Below, one piece after another: positions 48,284 through 61,600 of a stretch of DNA of 64,000 nt. The first letter of the stretch is position 1. Each line of letters opens with the position of its first letter. The notes beneath the pieces are model-generated. The model saw only the letters and a program-made list of their open reading frames with translations. It made no database searches and was not told the DNA's origin. The translations under genes were made by a program, and so were the position numbers. Source of the stretch: Macrostomum hystrix (lineage: Eukaryota; Animalia; Platyhelminthes); NCBI GenBank assembly GCA_950097015.1, contig CATNEN010000029.1, positions 806,001-870,000 on the forward strand, written 5' to 3'.

Positions 48284-50313
48284 TTTCAACCTTTCAAGAC
48301 TGCTAGCAAATGCGGCTTGGCAATGAGCAGTCTAGAACTTTCTTTCGCAAGAATTTTGCCCGGAATAACAGATGAGGTCAGCTGCACTTGATGGCCGCGA
48401 GGTGCCGAGTTCTAGATTAAGTCGCCATGTTTAAGTACAATGCAATCCTAAAAATGAAGATCAAAAATAATAAGTTCGCTATTGTAAATGTGTTCCAGCC
48501 TATACATGAAGCCTCACATAAGCATGATAATGAAATATATTTTGAGTAAAACTTCAATGGCTATAAAATGCATTGCACCAAAAAAGCAAAAAGGCAGTAA
48601 TTCACAGCTGCTACAAGTGCTGAAAGAAGTTTAAAAAATACGATACAAGAACTCCGAACCTTTGTTATGTTTAAAAAATAATAATATGACTGGCCAATAA
48701 AAGTATTGTCTCAAATAAAACATGTCATTTTACTATACAAAACCATTTCTTACAGCTACTATAAAAAGTGCATAAGAATTTCTAAAATGTTCTAATTGGT
48801 ACGAAGCATTGTAATTTAACTTGCAATATTTATTAGATGCACCATCACTGAGACCTAGAATGTAAATTTAGTTTTCTTATGCAAATCAAGTCTGTAAGTT
48901 TTATTCGTGTTAAATTGAAGACTGCTATTCAGCTTGCAAAATGTTTACTTTAACTTTAGCTATGCAGATCAAATCTATAAGCATTCTATTTTATAAAATA
49001 TTTTTAAACAGTCATAGAAACTAACCATAGCTAAAAATGTAAACACATTGCTATTAAAGTTTTATGTATTAAGAACGAAATATATTAAAAAGGAAACTTT
49101 CTAATTTTTTTTTCTTATAAACAGTTCATAAATTTGTGAATTTGTATATTTATGTTTAAAAATAGCTTACTTCAATTTTCTTTATCATTCAATTACACAG
49201 CCAATAATATTCTGAGAAGGAGTAAAGAATTAATGCTAGGACTGTACTATAAAAGACAGTTATAGTCTTATTAGAAATGGACTTACCAAAAACATAAAAA
49301 CGGTGTTCCACTTACTTGATCATTTGCACAGTTCTCACAGAAGCGCTATTTCTTTTACTATAAATTCATCTTGTTTTTATTAATTAAACCGGATACGGCA
49401 GAAATAAACCTATAAGAAGTAAATTTTTATAAGCTATGAATACTCCTCTTACTAGAGCTAAATTTTTTAATTATCGAGAGTGGCGAGTTAGAAAAAGTTC
49501 TAAAAACAATGTTTGAAAATGTGCGATTTGCAATCGTCGTGGATGAAAGCGTTGCGTTAAAACTCGTAATAAATGAATCGCGATAAGTAAATCAAGTAAG
49601 GAAGAACATATTCATAATATAATGCCTGCTTTCCACTTGAGCTTGGGTACACTAAGCACGTCTTTGTCATATGTATTCTTCTCCCTCAAATAAACCTTTA
49701 AGTATATCAATAACCACCTGAGAAACTTACGTTATAATATTTTATTGTTTATCCCTGATATGCTGTCTCAATATACAAAATCTCTAAGATCTGTTTGAAT
49801 GGTATTTAAGTCATCTAATACACTATTACCACAAAAACGGTTTATAAATCTATGTGATTTTTGCGTCTTTGTTGGTCTTGTTTTAGCTGATCAAAACATA
49901 TGTCCTGATAAATGGCAAATTATCTACTAGATGGCAAAACAGTAGTCTGCGGTTATTACTTGAATAGTACATGTAATCTGAGACAAATTAGTCCAACAAC
50001 GCGTAGAAAAATCATTACAACAACCTTAATCGATCGGAAAATTAAATTCTAATTAAAATTTTTATTTAGAACGCTTCAAAATTAATTTAAGCTGATATGT
50101 ACATAATTGCAAAGTTACGTACATATTGCAGTTCAGAATAAAAATGGTTTTATTTCTCTTTTGACTTGGCCTTTACATACTAGCAGAAGTAGCAAATATA
50201 TGCGGATTGAAAAGACATTTCGGGAAAATCTTGATTATAGAAGTGTCAGAATTGAGTCGATGGACTGCATCGAAGTGTGGTCAAGTTAATGGAAAATAGC
50301 TTTGCTGGCTAAA

Positions 50314-51800
50314 TCAGAAGCTTGTTGACGGATCCCCAGTACCGCCGCTGTCAATGCCTTCGATTTGCAGGCTTCGTTTTTTAGCGGCAGCCATGGCTGA
50401 CGAAGCCTCCAGATCGAAAACAGTCACGTCGCCGTCCTCCGATGCCCACACGGCGGCAGCAGTGGCTGCGGCGATACTAACTGGAGGCCTCGGTCGAGGC
50501 GGTGACCAATCGTTGCACTCCGATGACGAAGCATTGGAGCGTGGCGGCAGCTGCTGGGCTGATTGGAACAGCTTTAAAGGCAGCGGCATAAGAGGTGGAC
50601 CGAATGGTAGCGGTGGCGGCAGAGACCCGTACACGGAGCCGATTTGCACCCTCAGCGACATCGCAGCTGGGTTGGGACTCGGCGCACTGACAGCCTCCTC
50701 AACAGCAACCGGCTCCGCTGCGGCGCTCGATGAGGAAGTCTCGTCATGATGACGCACCACTGCTAGCTGCAAGTGCGGCGGTGCCGGCAGCTGCAGCTGC
50801 TCCGGCTGAGGCGGTGGCGGCAGGGGCTGCAGTGGCGGTGACGACTCCGGTTGAGCCGTGTACAGACAGTCCGGCGGTATCTGCCCGCCGATGGTGCTGC
50901 AGTCTCGGATGGTGGACAGCGACAGCTGCATGGCTGACAGGCCGCGTTTGTTGGTCGGCAGCAGTAGCGTCTGGAGGTTCTGCGGCGTCGAGCGAGTGGC
51001 CGCCGCTGAGGGCGCCGTCTCTGAGGTTAGCTGAGTCGCAGCTGCTGCCTGCTTGAATGCGGGAACATTGTCAAATTTGTATATGGCAAACTATACATAA
51101 TTATATGTACATTTTTTAGTCTCTTGACTCCCATAATAAAATAACAATTGCAGGAGGGCGGCGGGCGATGGTGCATAATTCGGTGACAGTAGACCCGCAG
51201 CCAGCGAGAAGGCAGTTATGTCCATTTCGCTAACTCCTGAGCACACATGCACACACAGGTGTGTACATCTGCCTTGAATTTCGCAGAGAGGACTCAAACC
51301 TTGCTTGGCCAGCTCACAATGTTGTTGTTATTGTTAATATTCTTCACGCCAGCATTGACTCGCAGCATCGGCGGCGGCTGCGGCGGCGTCGGCGGCATCG
51401 GCGGCGATAGGCGATGTCGCCAAGCGCCGAACGCCGGTGTAGCAAGCGGCGCAGGCCGTGTGGGATTCGGGGCGGACTTGATTCCCGGCCCCGGACGGAA
51501 CAGCGGCCCGCCGCTCGGCCGTCCAGGCCAGCCGGAAGCCGGGAGCTGCACGAAGCAGGGCGACGTGACGAGAACTGGAGCGCCGCTCTTGATGGAGATC
51601 GGCAGCTGGGCGGAGACGCCGACAGCGTCCTCGAAGAGGCCTCGCCCAACCAGATTTTGGCGACATCGCCGACGACAGCGCTCGATTATTAGGCGGCAAC
51701 CACGGGGCCCGACGCCAGAGACAAGGAAGCAGGCTAGAAAAATGACTAGCGAGATGGCCACAGCGATGCCGCCAATGAGTGCGCCAAGGTTCAGGGTCAT
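50314..51800 (-). CDS. Orphan type III single-pass membrane protein, Pro/Ala/Ser-rich cytoplasmic tail, about 405 aa, 2 exons
   Basis: Exon 1 51800-51318 (ATG; TM LIGGIAVAISLVIFLACFLV, then RGCRLIIERCRRRCR; donor GTGAGC, phase 0). Exon 2 about 51048-50314 (phase-0 acceptor; 51051 and 51090 are also possible), in frame with ORF 50314-50931. No family recognised. Confidence 0.7.
51125..51285 (-). mobile_element. Dispersed repeat family B copy, inside the intron of the orphan gene
   Basis: Reverse complement matches 1880-2060. Confidence 0.65.
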
Positions 51801-52551
51801 GCCAGCTCAGGTGTGATTGCGCTGGTTCAGACCATAATTGTTTACCATCAGACTTCAATGTAGAAATGTGAAGGCTGCATTTAAAGCTAGTTGCTTTATT
51901 GCTTTAAAAACTGAACTGAGAGTCAGACAGTGGAGTCTAATGTTGTACATCCGTATCAGCCAATAAGAGACGAGAGAAAACATGACAGAGGAGTGGGGTG
52001 GGCATGCGAGGTGGGCGGGGTGCGATGGGTTGCACAAATGTACAGTTGATGAAATAAAAAAGTATATTTTTATAGTCTTAATAAGTAGTGCCTGTCGGCT
52101 TCACTTATTGAATTTATTTTTATAAACTTTATAACGAGCCTGGTGGAATATGGTTTATAATTGCCTCATGTCTCGTTACATGGATTTTTATTTTCTGTCT
52201 GTAGTCTCTCATCTCTCGGGTCTCTCATACCAGATCTAAAATAATAAACAAATTCCTTTGCTTAGTGGAGACATTTTTCAGGAGAGCACTAAAATGCACA
52301 TTTAGTATGGCACTAAACAAGTTATTGGCAATATTTGAACCGACGAAAAAAGCAAATAAAAAATCGGCCTTAAAAATATTTCAAGGTCAGTCACGTGTTC
52401 TGGCTTTATAAAAATGGGGTTCCCCATAGGCCATTCTAAAAATAGCAAGCAAGTCAACCTCTCATTGGGCAGTTCATTTTTAAAGCTTATTCTAGGTGGC
52501 ACAGTAGCACAGTTTCTACTAATGTATTTTTTTGGACAATGAACTCAACTT

Positions 52552-55500
52552 TTATGGACCAGCAGTTTTTTCTCCCTTAGGGATCTCAATGGGAGCCACG
52601 CGAGTGTCATCCCCAACCCAGCAGCAGCGGGCAGTTTTTCTAGTCGGCGCGGCCAGGAAGTCATCAAAGTCATCGAATGTCACCAAAAGACGCTCCGGCA
52701 CAAATGGCAGGGTCAGCGTCAGCAAAAGGCCGCATAGCAACAGCCCGGAGACAAGCAGAAATGGCAGGGCTGTCAGCCAGCCGTCGCCATTTTCGCCGAT
52801 GTACAGCAGGAACGGCGCCAATAGGCTGCCTAGGGAGATAGCCACTCCGACTATTCCGCTGGCCAAGTTTCTGGAGTAAAAGAGTGGCGTTCATGGTTGA
52901 CTTGAGCTGTGGTAAATAAATGTGGCCTCGCCGCGGAATCGAGTTCACATGGCTGTCAAGCCGTGCCCAGGAATATAAGGCAAGACTTGGCTTGGTTTGT
53001 GTTAGTAGCGAATTTAGTTTATTAGTCACGATGTTTCACGATACACTTGCATATATATATATATAAGTCGATGAGTCAACAAGGCTTAAAAGTCAACAGG
53101 TGTTGAGTACATCAAAAATCAATATTCAGGCTGCGTACATTGGGTCAGAGTGCGGCTGGCGCGCAGGCCTGCAGATCAACCCACAGTTCACTTGCTCAAC
53201 ACAGTTCACGTTTCATTCATGGTTCAAACCCCGGTATGTCAATGGCCTTGGTGCGAGAGGAATTCCCCCCCCTTGAGAACATTTTTTGGCAGAAATCTAA
53301 CCGCGTAGGGTGGTGACTGATTGGTTGACAGACTAGGCGATGGTGTCCTGTGGTTGAGCTGCGCCTAATATTTAGGCTTCAGCAGTGAAATTTTTGAAAT
53401 TCGCGTCCGGGTGTCCAGAGTGGCCTATTTCCACACTTTTTTCATTTGAAGGTCCCGCAGTCCGTCTAGATAAAGGTAGGTAACCACCAAAGACGGAGAT
53501 GATGCAGGCACATTCGGGTGACATGCTGATAGAGTTTGAAGGTCTGGAAAGGCCGCACTGAGGCGCAGTGCAAATTCGTGTATAGGGGTGTATGAAACAC
53601 ACTAGCTCTTATGGGAAAAATCGGACCTTCGGCCAGAAACATTGAATATCTCGACGGTCTGAAGAGCTGGCGAATTGTTTCTTGTTTCAGAAGATGCGCA
53701 ACAAAAAGTTGGCCCGTGTTCTTGAGTTTCGTGTGCTTGCATTGTTCCGTTCGGGTGCAGCAAAAAAATTGTCAGGGGAGGGGAAATTCCCCCCAAGGTA
53801 GTTCTACTGTTAAAAATAGTATATGTAAGTATATCGTCTACGCAATTCAAATGCTGTGATATAAAAACTACAATTTAACGTAGAAAAACTTTAAGTATTA
53901 CAAAGCTAGAAGTTAGAAAATTAGGAACATTTACCTGTTCAGACGAACGTAAAATATCTTAGAACAATAAAATCGTCAGAGCATTTCCTGAGTTTCTTCA
54001 GCATATCAAAAGTAACGCTTCACAGCTATTTATCGGTTACGAAACATGAACGATAAAACCGGAAAATGTTTCTTAATCGAGACAGCGTAAAAGAAAGCAT
54101 GCACAATGCTCTCAATTGTGTATTTTCTTTTGTCGTTTAAAAGAAAAGAATAAAAGAAAAACAATAGTTTTCTATGGCCTAATCTTGCGTTAAGATTACT
54201 GCGTACCGCTCACAGTTATCGACAAAGATTGGCCATAGACGAAGTTTTAGCGTTTGGCATGAGCACAATAGAGATTTGACTCCGGGACTCGTTTAGGCCA
54301 TAGAATATTGCGCGTGTTATTACAAACACGCGCATTGCATGGACAATAGACAGGGTCAAGGACAAAAAATTATGGTAAAAAAAGCAATAAAATGAAAACT
54401 CACCTAGCAACCGTGGGGAACACCTGTGTGCCATAGATCTGCACGGAGTTATTAGCGTTGAGTAGAAATACCTTCCCAATCTGCGTGGCAACGGTGGCCA
54501 CTAATCCAAGTTCGGGACTGGTCACTTGAACAGCCGCCACTGTTGCCATAGCAACTACGCCGAGCAGGATGTCTAGGCGGATTAGGCGCACAATGCCCAG
54601 CCGGTCTGAGAGCTGCCAGCCGAGCAGGTAGGAGCCGGCATTCGACACGCCGAGTAGGGCGAAGTTCACGTAGAAGCTGCCAGACAGCTTCTCGGCGTTG
54701 AATAGAATCGCCGAGTTTGACAGGCCGCTGATCACACTTTTATAGTGAGGATGACAGAGAAAATTGCAATAAAAACGAGTAGCCGATATGCTTCGAAAAC
54801 TATATTTATTAGGGTATAATTTCTAGAAAAATCTGGAGTTGTTCTGTGCTCGAGAGTAGTACCCTTCAAGACTCAAGAAAAAGTATAATAAAAGAAAAAG
54901 TTTTGTGCGATAAAAAGCTATCAGGAGAGAAACTTTGTGGATTGATAAATAGCCGATATGTTTCGAAAAAACTATTATTAGGTTAAATTTCAAGAAAAAT
55001 CTGGATGAATTTTGTGATCGAGAGTACGTTTAAAGACTGAAAAGAGAAGTATAATGAAACAAAAAGTTATGATAAAAAAACTAGGAGAGATAAATGGATA
55101 GCAAAAGCCTATATGTATCGAAAAAGAAACGAATCAATTTATATTCTTCTGTAAACCCGTTTGTGATAAACTTGGGGAAAACTTCAGGTTGAGTGTGGCG
55201 CCCCCCGCAGTCCATGGACTGAACTGGCTGTACGTCAGGCCCAACCGGGTTTAGCTGCAGTTTCTATTCTTTAATTTTATTCTACGACCCTTTAGAGCAG
55301 AATTAACGCAACATACAGCAGCGCGAAATTGGTAGCGATAAATCTAAATCTCGGCAGGGTCGCCACCAGACTAAGCGCCGGCGTAATCGTCGACTTGCCC
55401 GACGTTGCCGTCGGCGATGTTTTCGGCTCCTGAGTCTCCAGACTGTCGATTTCCTCCTGGGTGGCTCGGCCCCGATTCACCCGATTGACCTTTGCCGCGT

Positions 55501-57463
55501 ACAACTGCAGCTGGACCTTCTTGCTGGGCTGGCTGGCGAGCCACACTGGCGACTCGGAGATGAAGCTGCGGAGTGGCCATTTAGCAGGCTTGTCAGCTGT
55601 TTAATGAACTTGTCAGCTGTCTAATTAACTTGTCAGCTGTCTAATGAACTTGTCAGCTGTTTAATGAACTTTTCAGCTGTTTAATGAACTTGTCAGCTGT
55701 TTAATGAACTTGTCAGCTGTTTAATGAACTTTTCAGCTGTTTAATGAACTTTTCAGCTGTTTAATGAACTTGTCAGCTGTCTAATTAACTTGTCAGCTGT
55801 CTAATGAACTTGTCAGCTGTCTAATTAACTTGTCAGCTGTCTAATGAACTTGTCAGCTGTTTAATGAACTTTTCAGCTGTTTAATGAACTTGTCAGCTGT
55901 TTAATGAACTTGTCAGCTGTTTAATGAACTTGTCAGCTGTTTAATGAACTTGTCAGCTGTTTAATGAACTTGTCAGCTGTCTAATTAACTTGTCAGCTGT
56001 CTAATGAACTTGTCAGCTGTTTAATGAACTTTTCAGCTGTTTAATGAACTTGTCAGCTGTTTAATGAACTTGTCAGCTGTTTAATGAACTTTTCAGCTGT
56101 TTAATGAACTTGTCAGCTGTCTAATTAACTTGTCAGCTGTCTAATTAACTTGTCAGCTGTCTAATGAACTTGTCAGCTGTCTAATTAACTTGTCAGCTGT
56201 CTAATGAACTTGTCAGCTGTTTAATGAACTTTTCAGCTGTTTAATGAACTTGTCAGCTGTTTAATGAACTTGTCAGCTGTTTAATGAACTTGTCAGCTGT
56301 TTAATGAACTTGTCAGCAGTCTAATTAACTTGTCAGCTGACTAATGAACTTGTCAACTGTTTAATGAACTTGTCAGCTGCTTAATGAACTTGTCAGCTGA
56401 CTAATGAACTCGTCAGCTGACTAATGAACTTGTCAGCTGTTTAATGAACTTGTCAGCAGTTTAATGAACTTGTCAGCTGATTAATAATTGTCATTTTGTG
56501 AGATTTCAAAACTAATATTATTAAGTCAATCAATCGAGCTCACAAGAAGATGCCAATTAGCAGCAGTTGCGGTGCGGTGGCAATGAGAGTGAGTTTGCGC
56601 CAGTCCCGCAGCCAATAGGCCATGCCGGCTATCAGCACCTGAGCCAAAAAAGGAGAAACAAATAATAAAAAAGTGTTTGTATTCCCATCCTATGCACATC
56701 GAATAAGACAACGGTAGGCTTGCTGGCCTACCTGACTGACTGGCCGAAGCATATTGCGCAGGTAAGCCAAGGAGTTCCTATGGCGCCTGTCCACGCCTTC
56801 GACGGCTGGCGGAATGAGAGATAACTAGCCGATATGTATCGAAAAACTTTTAACCAAGCATGTCGGAAATTATTTTGTCCGGACACTATTAGGGAGCATT
56901 TTACGATTTGGAAGGCTCATGTGATGTCATAGTTAGACGATCCCTACAATTTTATTTCCTTTTGAATAAAGTTCTGAAAGTGGCAGCAAAAATGCTATAA
57001 ATCAGTAAAAGCGACTCGAACCAATAACTGCTAAAAACCGGGTTCCTCAGCAGTAGGAGTTACTGCTGAGGGATATTTAGGACACGGTAAGTGCCTGAAT
57101 AGGTAACCCATTGGATTTCGAAAAAGTATCGAGCCTATATGTTGAGAAAAACGGAACGTTTTATACCTCTTCAACTTGCTGCGCCCCATGTACTTTGTTT
57201 CGGAATGAAGTGATTGGCGCGGAATATAGAATGCAAACATGGACTCACTGAGGCACAGGGCTACAACCACCATGCCTTTGAGCACGAAGGTGCGCACGAA
57301 TAGTACAGCGGCGAACATTTGCACATTGACTGAGAAGGAAATGGCCGCACCGCTTAGCAGCATCAGCGTGGAGCCCACAATGAAGGCTGTCCTGCGGCCG
57401 AATCTGCATACACACTGATGAATGCAATTTCATGTCCTAGGTGTCTATTGGCCGTGATTTTCG

Positions 57464-57506
<43 letters not shown>

Positions 57507-57516
57507 TGTTGTTGTT

Positions 57517-57576
<60 letters not shown>

Positions 57577-58290
57577 TTACTATTAGTTATTTTATTAAAT
57601 TGGCCCACCTGTCCGATAATTGACCAAACGCGATGCCGCCAATGAACGGGCCGACAAAGCTCAGACTCTTAATGACAGTCGCCACGATTGACTGCTCGCA
57701 AACCAAATCGAACTAGAACAAAAACGGTGCTTTGATTAGAGTATTGTCCTCCCTATTCATTTAATGAATTCTCTAACTGCACTTAAGACCTAATGCTCAA
57801 ACTGTACTCAAGACCTAATGCTTAAACTGCACTCAAAGTGAATGCTCAGATAGACATTATCTCAAGGCACCTCAGTAACCACAGTGACACCGAATTCATC
57901 GCCAAAGCGTCGCCCATCTCGGCAGGCCTCGACGCCCAGCGGCTGGCAGCTGTAGGCCAGCCCGCCAATGATTGGCGCATCGCTGGAACTGACATTGCTG
58001 TCCGACTGTAGGCAGGCCTCTGAGAAGTTCAGCAACCTCCTGACGCACGCGTTTCCGGGCTCCAAGGCCACGGATTCCAAGTCCTTCAGGCTGGTGTAAT
58101 TGGGCGACTGGCCCAGAAAGGCAGCCGTGTCGTTGTCCAGCAGGCAGCGGTGGCTGGGCGTGCTAACCTGAAAGTACAAATCCAGCTGGTTCATGCCTAT
58201 GAACATGATCGGCACCACAATGAGAGCGAATTGGAACTTTTGGAAGCGGCCGAAGCTGCCAATTTTGTCTAATATCTCGTCGAACTTCAT
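52552..58290 (-). CDS. SLC22-family (organic cation/anion) MFS transporter; about 582 aa, 8 exons
   Basis: Exons 58290-57871, 57712-57609, 57403-57249, 56805-56732, 56638-56544, 55565-55317, 54736-54404, 52870-52552; 1749 nt, phases consistent. Motifs MKFDEILDKIGSFGRFQ, Cys-containing loop 1, TEFDLVC, LSDRFGRR, AYWLRDWRKL, ESPVWL, FPTVARN. Confidence 0.92.
55585..56485. repeat. 20-bp minisatellite (TGTCAGCTGTYTAATKAACT), about 45 copies, fills SLC22 intron 5
   Basis: Read directly; CAGCTG in nearly every unit. Confidence 0.95.
57465..57582. repeat. (GTA)n microsatellite with a (GTT)n patch, SLC22 intron 2
   Basis: Read directly. Confidence 0.97.
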
Positions 58291-58605
58291 TGTCAGCGAG
58301 GGGCGGACAGCGGTGGCTTTCACTGCTTTGATTCACTTGAGGTCATTGGCCTGCGGCTAAAGCCTGTACTGTCCCTTATACTATTCGAATGGCTACTACA
58401 ATTTTCGTCATCGAATCGTAATCTCTTATCGCTTCTTCCACTGAGCGGGACTTTGCCACGACTCCGGCCGTACATTTCCAGGGAGTGCAAGGTCTGACAA
58501 GCATAAAATTACACAGGAAAGCAGTATATGAGAGTACTTCGTTGCTTTAACGGTAAATTCTTAACTAAGGTGAGCAATGCCTCAGCACCATCAACACTGA
58601 AAAAC

Positions 58606-61600
58606 TGCCTTCTCTGCTGCCTTCTCAGCTGCCTTCTCAGCTTCCTTCTCAGCTGCCTTCTCAGCTGCCTCCTCTGCTGCCTTCTCAGCTGCCTTCTCAG
58701 CTGCCTTCTCAGCTGCCTCCTCTGCTGCCTTCTCAGCTGCCTTCTCTGCATCAGCTGCCTCCTCTGCTTCAGCTGCCTCCTCTGCTTCAGCTGCCTTCTC
58801 TGCATCAGCTGCCTCCTCTGCTTCAGCTGCCTCCTCTGCTTCAGCTGCCTCCTCTGCTTCAGCTGCCTTCTCTGCATCAGCTGCCTCCTCTGCATCAGCT
58901 GCCTTCTCTGCATCAGCTGCCTCCTCTGCATCAGCTGCCTTCTCTGCTTCAGCTGCCTACTCTGCTTCAGCTGCCTGCTCTGCATCAGCTGCCTTCTCTG
59001 CTTCAGCTGCCTCCTCTGCTTCAGCTGCCTCCTCTGCATCAGCTGCCTCCTCTGCTTCAGCTGCCTTCTCTGCTTCAGCTGCCTTGTCTGCTTCAGCTGC
59101 CTCCTCTGCTTCAGCTGCCTCCTCTGCTTCAGCTGCCTCCTCTGCTTCAGCTGCCTCCTCTGCTTCAGCTGCCTTCTCTGCTTCAGCTGCCTTCCCAGCT
59201 GCCTCCTCTGCTTCTGCATCTGCATCAGCTGCCTCCTCTGCTTCAGATGCCTCCTCAGCATCAGCTGCATCCTCTGCTTCAGATGCCTATTCTCTGCATC
59301 AGCTGCCTCCTCTGCTTCAGATGCCTCCTCAGCATCAGCTGCCTCCTCTGCATCAGCTGCCTCCTCTGCTTCAGCTGCCTTCTCTGCTTCAGCTGCCTTC
59401 TCAGCTGCCTCCTCTGCTTCTGCATCTGCATCAGCTGCCTCCTCTGCTTCAGATGCCTCCTCAGCATCAGCTGCATCCTCTGCTTCAGATGCCTATTCTC
59501 TGCATCAGCTGCCTCCTCTGCTTCAGATGCCTCCTCAGCATCAGCTGCATCCTCTGCTTCGGCTGCCTCCTCTGCTTCAGCTGCATCCTCTGCTTCGGCT
59601 GCCTCCTCCGCTTCAGTTGCCTACTCTGCTTCAGCTGCATATTTTGCATCAGCTGCCTCCTCTGCATCAGCTGCCTCCTCTGCTTCAGATGCCTCCTCAG
59701 CATCAGCTGCCTCCTCTGCTTCGGCTGCCTCCTCTGCTTCAGCTGCCTCCTCTGCTTCAGTTGCCAACTCTGCTTCAGCTGCATATTCTGCATCAGCTGC
59801 CTCCTCTGCTTCAGATGCCTCCTCAGCATCAGCTGCATCCTCTGCTTCGGCTGCCTCCTCTGCTTCAGCTGCATCCTCTGCTTCGGCTGCCTCCTCCGCT
59901 TCAGTTGCCTACTCTGCTTCAGCTGCATATTTTGCATCAGCTGCCTCCTCTGCATCAGCTGCCTTCTCTGCTTCAGCTGCCTCCTCCGCTTCAGCTGCCT
60001 CCTCTGCATCAGCTGCATCCTCTGCTTCGGCTGCCTCCTCTGCTTCAGCTGCCTACTCTGCTTCGGCTGCATATTCTGCTTCGGCTGCCTCCTCCGCTTC
60101 AGCTGCATATTCTGCATCAGCTGCCTCCTCTGCTTCGGCTGCCTCCTCCGCTTCAGCTGCATATTCTGCATCAGCTGCCTCCTCTGCTTCAGCTGCCTAC
60201 TCTGCTTCAGCTGCCTACTCTGCTTCAGCTGCCTCCTCTGCTTCAGCTGCCTACTCTGCTTCAGCTACCTACTCTGCTTCAGCTGCCTACTCTGCTTCAG
60301 CTGCATCCTCTGCTTCAGCTGCCTACTCTGCTTCAGCTGCCTACTCTGCTTCAGTTGCCAACTCTGCTTCAGCTGCCTACTCTGCTTCGGCTGCATATTC
60401 TGCTTCGGCTGCCTCCTCCGCTTCAGCTGCATATTCTGCTTCAGCTGCATCCTCTGCTTCAGCTGCCTCCTCCGCTTCAGCTGCCTACTCTGCTTCAGCT
60501 GCCTACTCTGCTTCAGCTGCATCCTCTGCTTCAGCTGCCTACTCTGCTTCAGCTGCCTACTCTGCTTCAGTTGCCAACTCTGCTTCAGCTGCCTACTCTG
60601 CTTCGGCTGCATATTCTGCTTCAGCTGCCTACTCTGCTTCAGCTGCCTTCTCTGCTTCAGCTGCCTTCTCTGCTTCAGCTGCCTTCTCTGCTTCAGCTGC
60701 CTACTCTGCTTCAGCTGCCTACTCTGCTTCAGTTGCCAACTCTGCTTTAGCTGCCTACTCTGCTTCAGCTGCCTACTCTGCTTCAGCTGCCTCCTCTGCA
60801 TCAGCTGCCTACTCTGCTTCAGCTGCCTACTCTGCTTCAGCTGCCTACTCTGCTTTAGCTGCCTACTCTGCTTCGGCTGCCTACTCTGCTTCAGCTGCCT
60901 CCTCTGCATCGGCTGCCTCCTCCGCTTCAGCTGCATATTCTGCTTCGGCTGCCTCCTCCGCTTCAGCTGCCTACTCTGCTTCAGCTGCCTACTCTGCTTC
61001 AGCTGCCTACTCTGCTTCAGCTGCCTACTCTGCTTCAGCTGCCTACTCTGCTTCAGCTGCCTCCTCTGCATCAGCTGCCTCCTCTGCTTCAGCTGCCTCC
61101 TCTGCATCAGCTGCCTCCTCTGCTTCAGCTGCCTCCTCTGCTTCAGCTGCCTACTCTGCTTCAGCTGCCTACTCTGCTTCAGCTGCCTACTCTGCTTCAG
61201 CTGCCTACTCTGCTTCAGCTGCCTACTCTGCTTCAGCTGCCTACTCTGCTTCAGCTGCCTACTCTGCTTCGGCTGCCTACTCTGCTTCAGCTGCCTACTC
61301 TGCTTTAGCTGCCTACTCTGCTTCAGCTGCCTACTCTGCTTCAGCTGCCTACTCTGCTTCAGCTGCCTTCTCTGCTTCAGCTGCCTACTCTGCTTCAGCT
61401 GCCTGCTCTGCTTCAGCTGCCTACTCTGCTTCAGCTGCCTACTCTGCTTCAGCTGCCTACTCTGCTTCAGCTGCCTACTCTGCTTCAGCTGCCTACTCTG
61501 CTTCAGCTGCCTACTCTGCTTCAGCTGCCTTCTCTGCTTCAGCTGCCTACTCTGCTTCAGCTGCCTACTCTGCTTCAGCTGCCTCCTCTGCATCAGCTGC

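Noticed and set aside
51247-51816. Plus-strand ORF with a signal-peptide-like MLLLLLIFFTPALT
   Set aside because: Antisense shadow of the orphan gene (the hydrophobic run comes from its NNNNN codons) and it starts inside a dispersed repeat. The minus-strand model has a TM helix, basic juxtamembrane region and phase-matched splice sites.
54779-55130. Degenerate roughly 170-bp tandem duplication in SLC22 intron 6
   Set aside because: An old AT-rich duplication with no further structure; its start motif also appears near 56826 but adds little.
57363-57645. Poly-Thr/Val/Ser ORFs
   Set aside because: (GTA)n microsatellite in SLC22 intron 2.
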